A stretch of 63,920 nucleotides of DNA, the filler included, from Octopus bimaculoides (Eukaryota): assembly GCF_001194135.2 (NCBI RefSeq). It is 6 parts of 6 records of this genome, joined end to end, with 100 filler letters (N's around TTAATTAATTAA, not from the genome) between each part and the next. Parts side by side here need not be neighbours in the genome. Positions count along the whole stretch, not along the records: positions 62,199 to 63,920 come from NW_026356647.1; 5 more parts are not named here. One strand, given 5' to 3'. The first letter of the stretch is position 1, and each line of letters opens with the position of its first letter. The notes under the pieces were generated by a model. The model made no database searches, had not been told where the DNA came from, and saw only the letters and a list, made by a program, of their open reading frames with translations. A program made the position numbers and the translations under genes. Shown piece by piece: positions 63,911 through 63,920 of this stretch.

Positions 63911-63920
63911 ATATATATAT

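Overview
AT-rich animal genomic DNA from a draft scaffold. Roughly 9 kb is N gaps, most flanked by (TA)n/(CA)n/(TATC)n/(TATG)n microsatellites. The density and types of tRNA-derived SINEs resemble an octopod cephalopod (Octopus-like) genome; this is recognition from memory, not a search. No complete protein-coding gene is recognisable, and nearly all listed ORFs are microsatellite or N-gap artefacts. The window is intronic or intergenic, with at least four SINE families, several mariner elements (one decayed full-length copy, a foldback MITE made of two 3' ends, a small MITE, a tandemly amplified 5' end), a hAT transposase fragment, and LINE fragments (R4/Dong-like, RTE, L1/Tx1, CR1/L2-group). 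The main observation is a cluster of minimal type I hammerhead ribozyme (HHR) motifs at 34.1-35.8 kb, of the kind known from Penelope-like element (PLE) repeats. They fall into two unrelated families, each arranged as a head-to-head inverted pair. One family sits downstream of a tRNA-like Pol III head, suggesting a ribozyme-bearing SINE mobilised by a PLE. The other has a non-canonical CCGAUGA core in all three copies. A few splice-bounded segments may be exons of an unidentified host gene.
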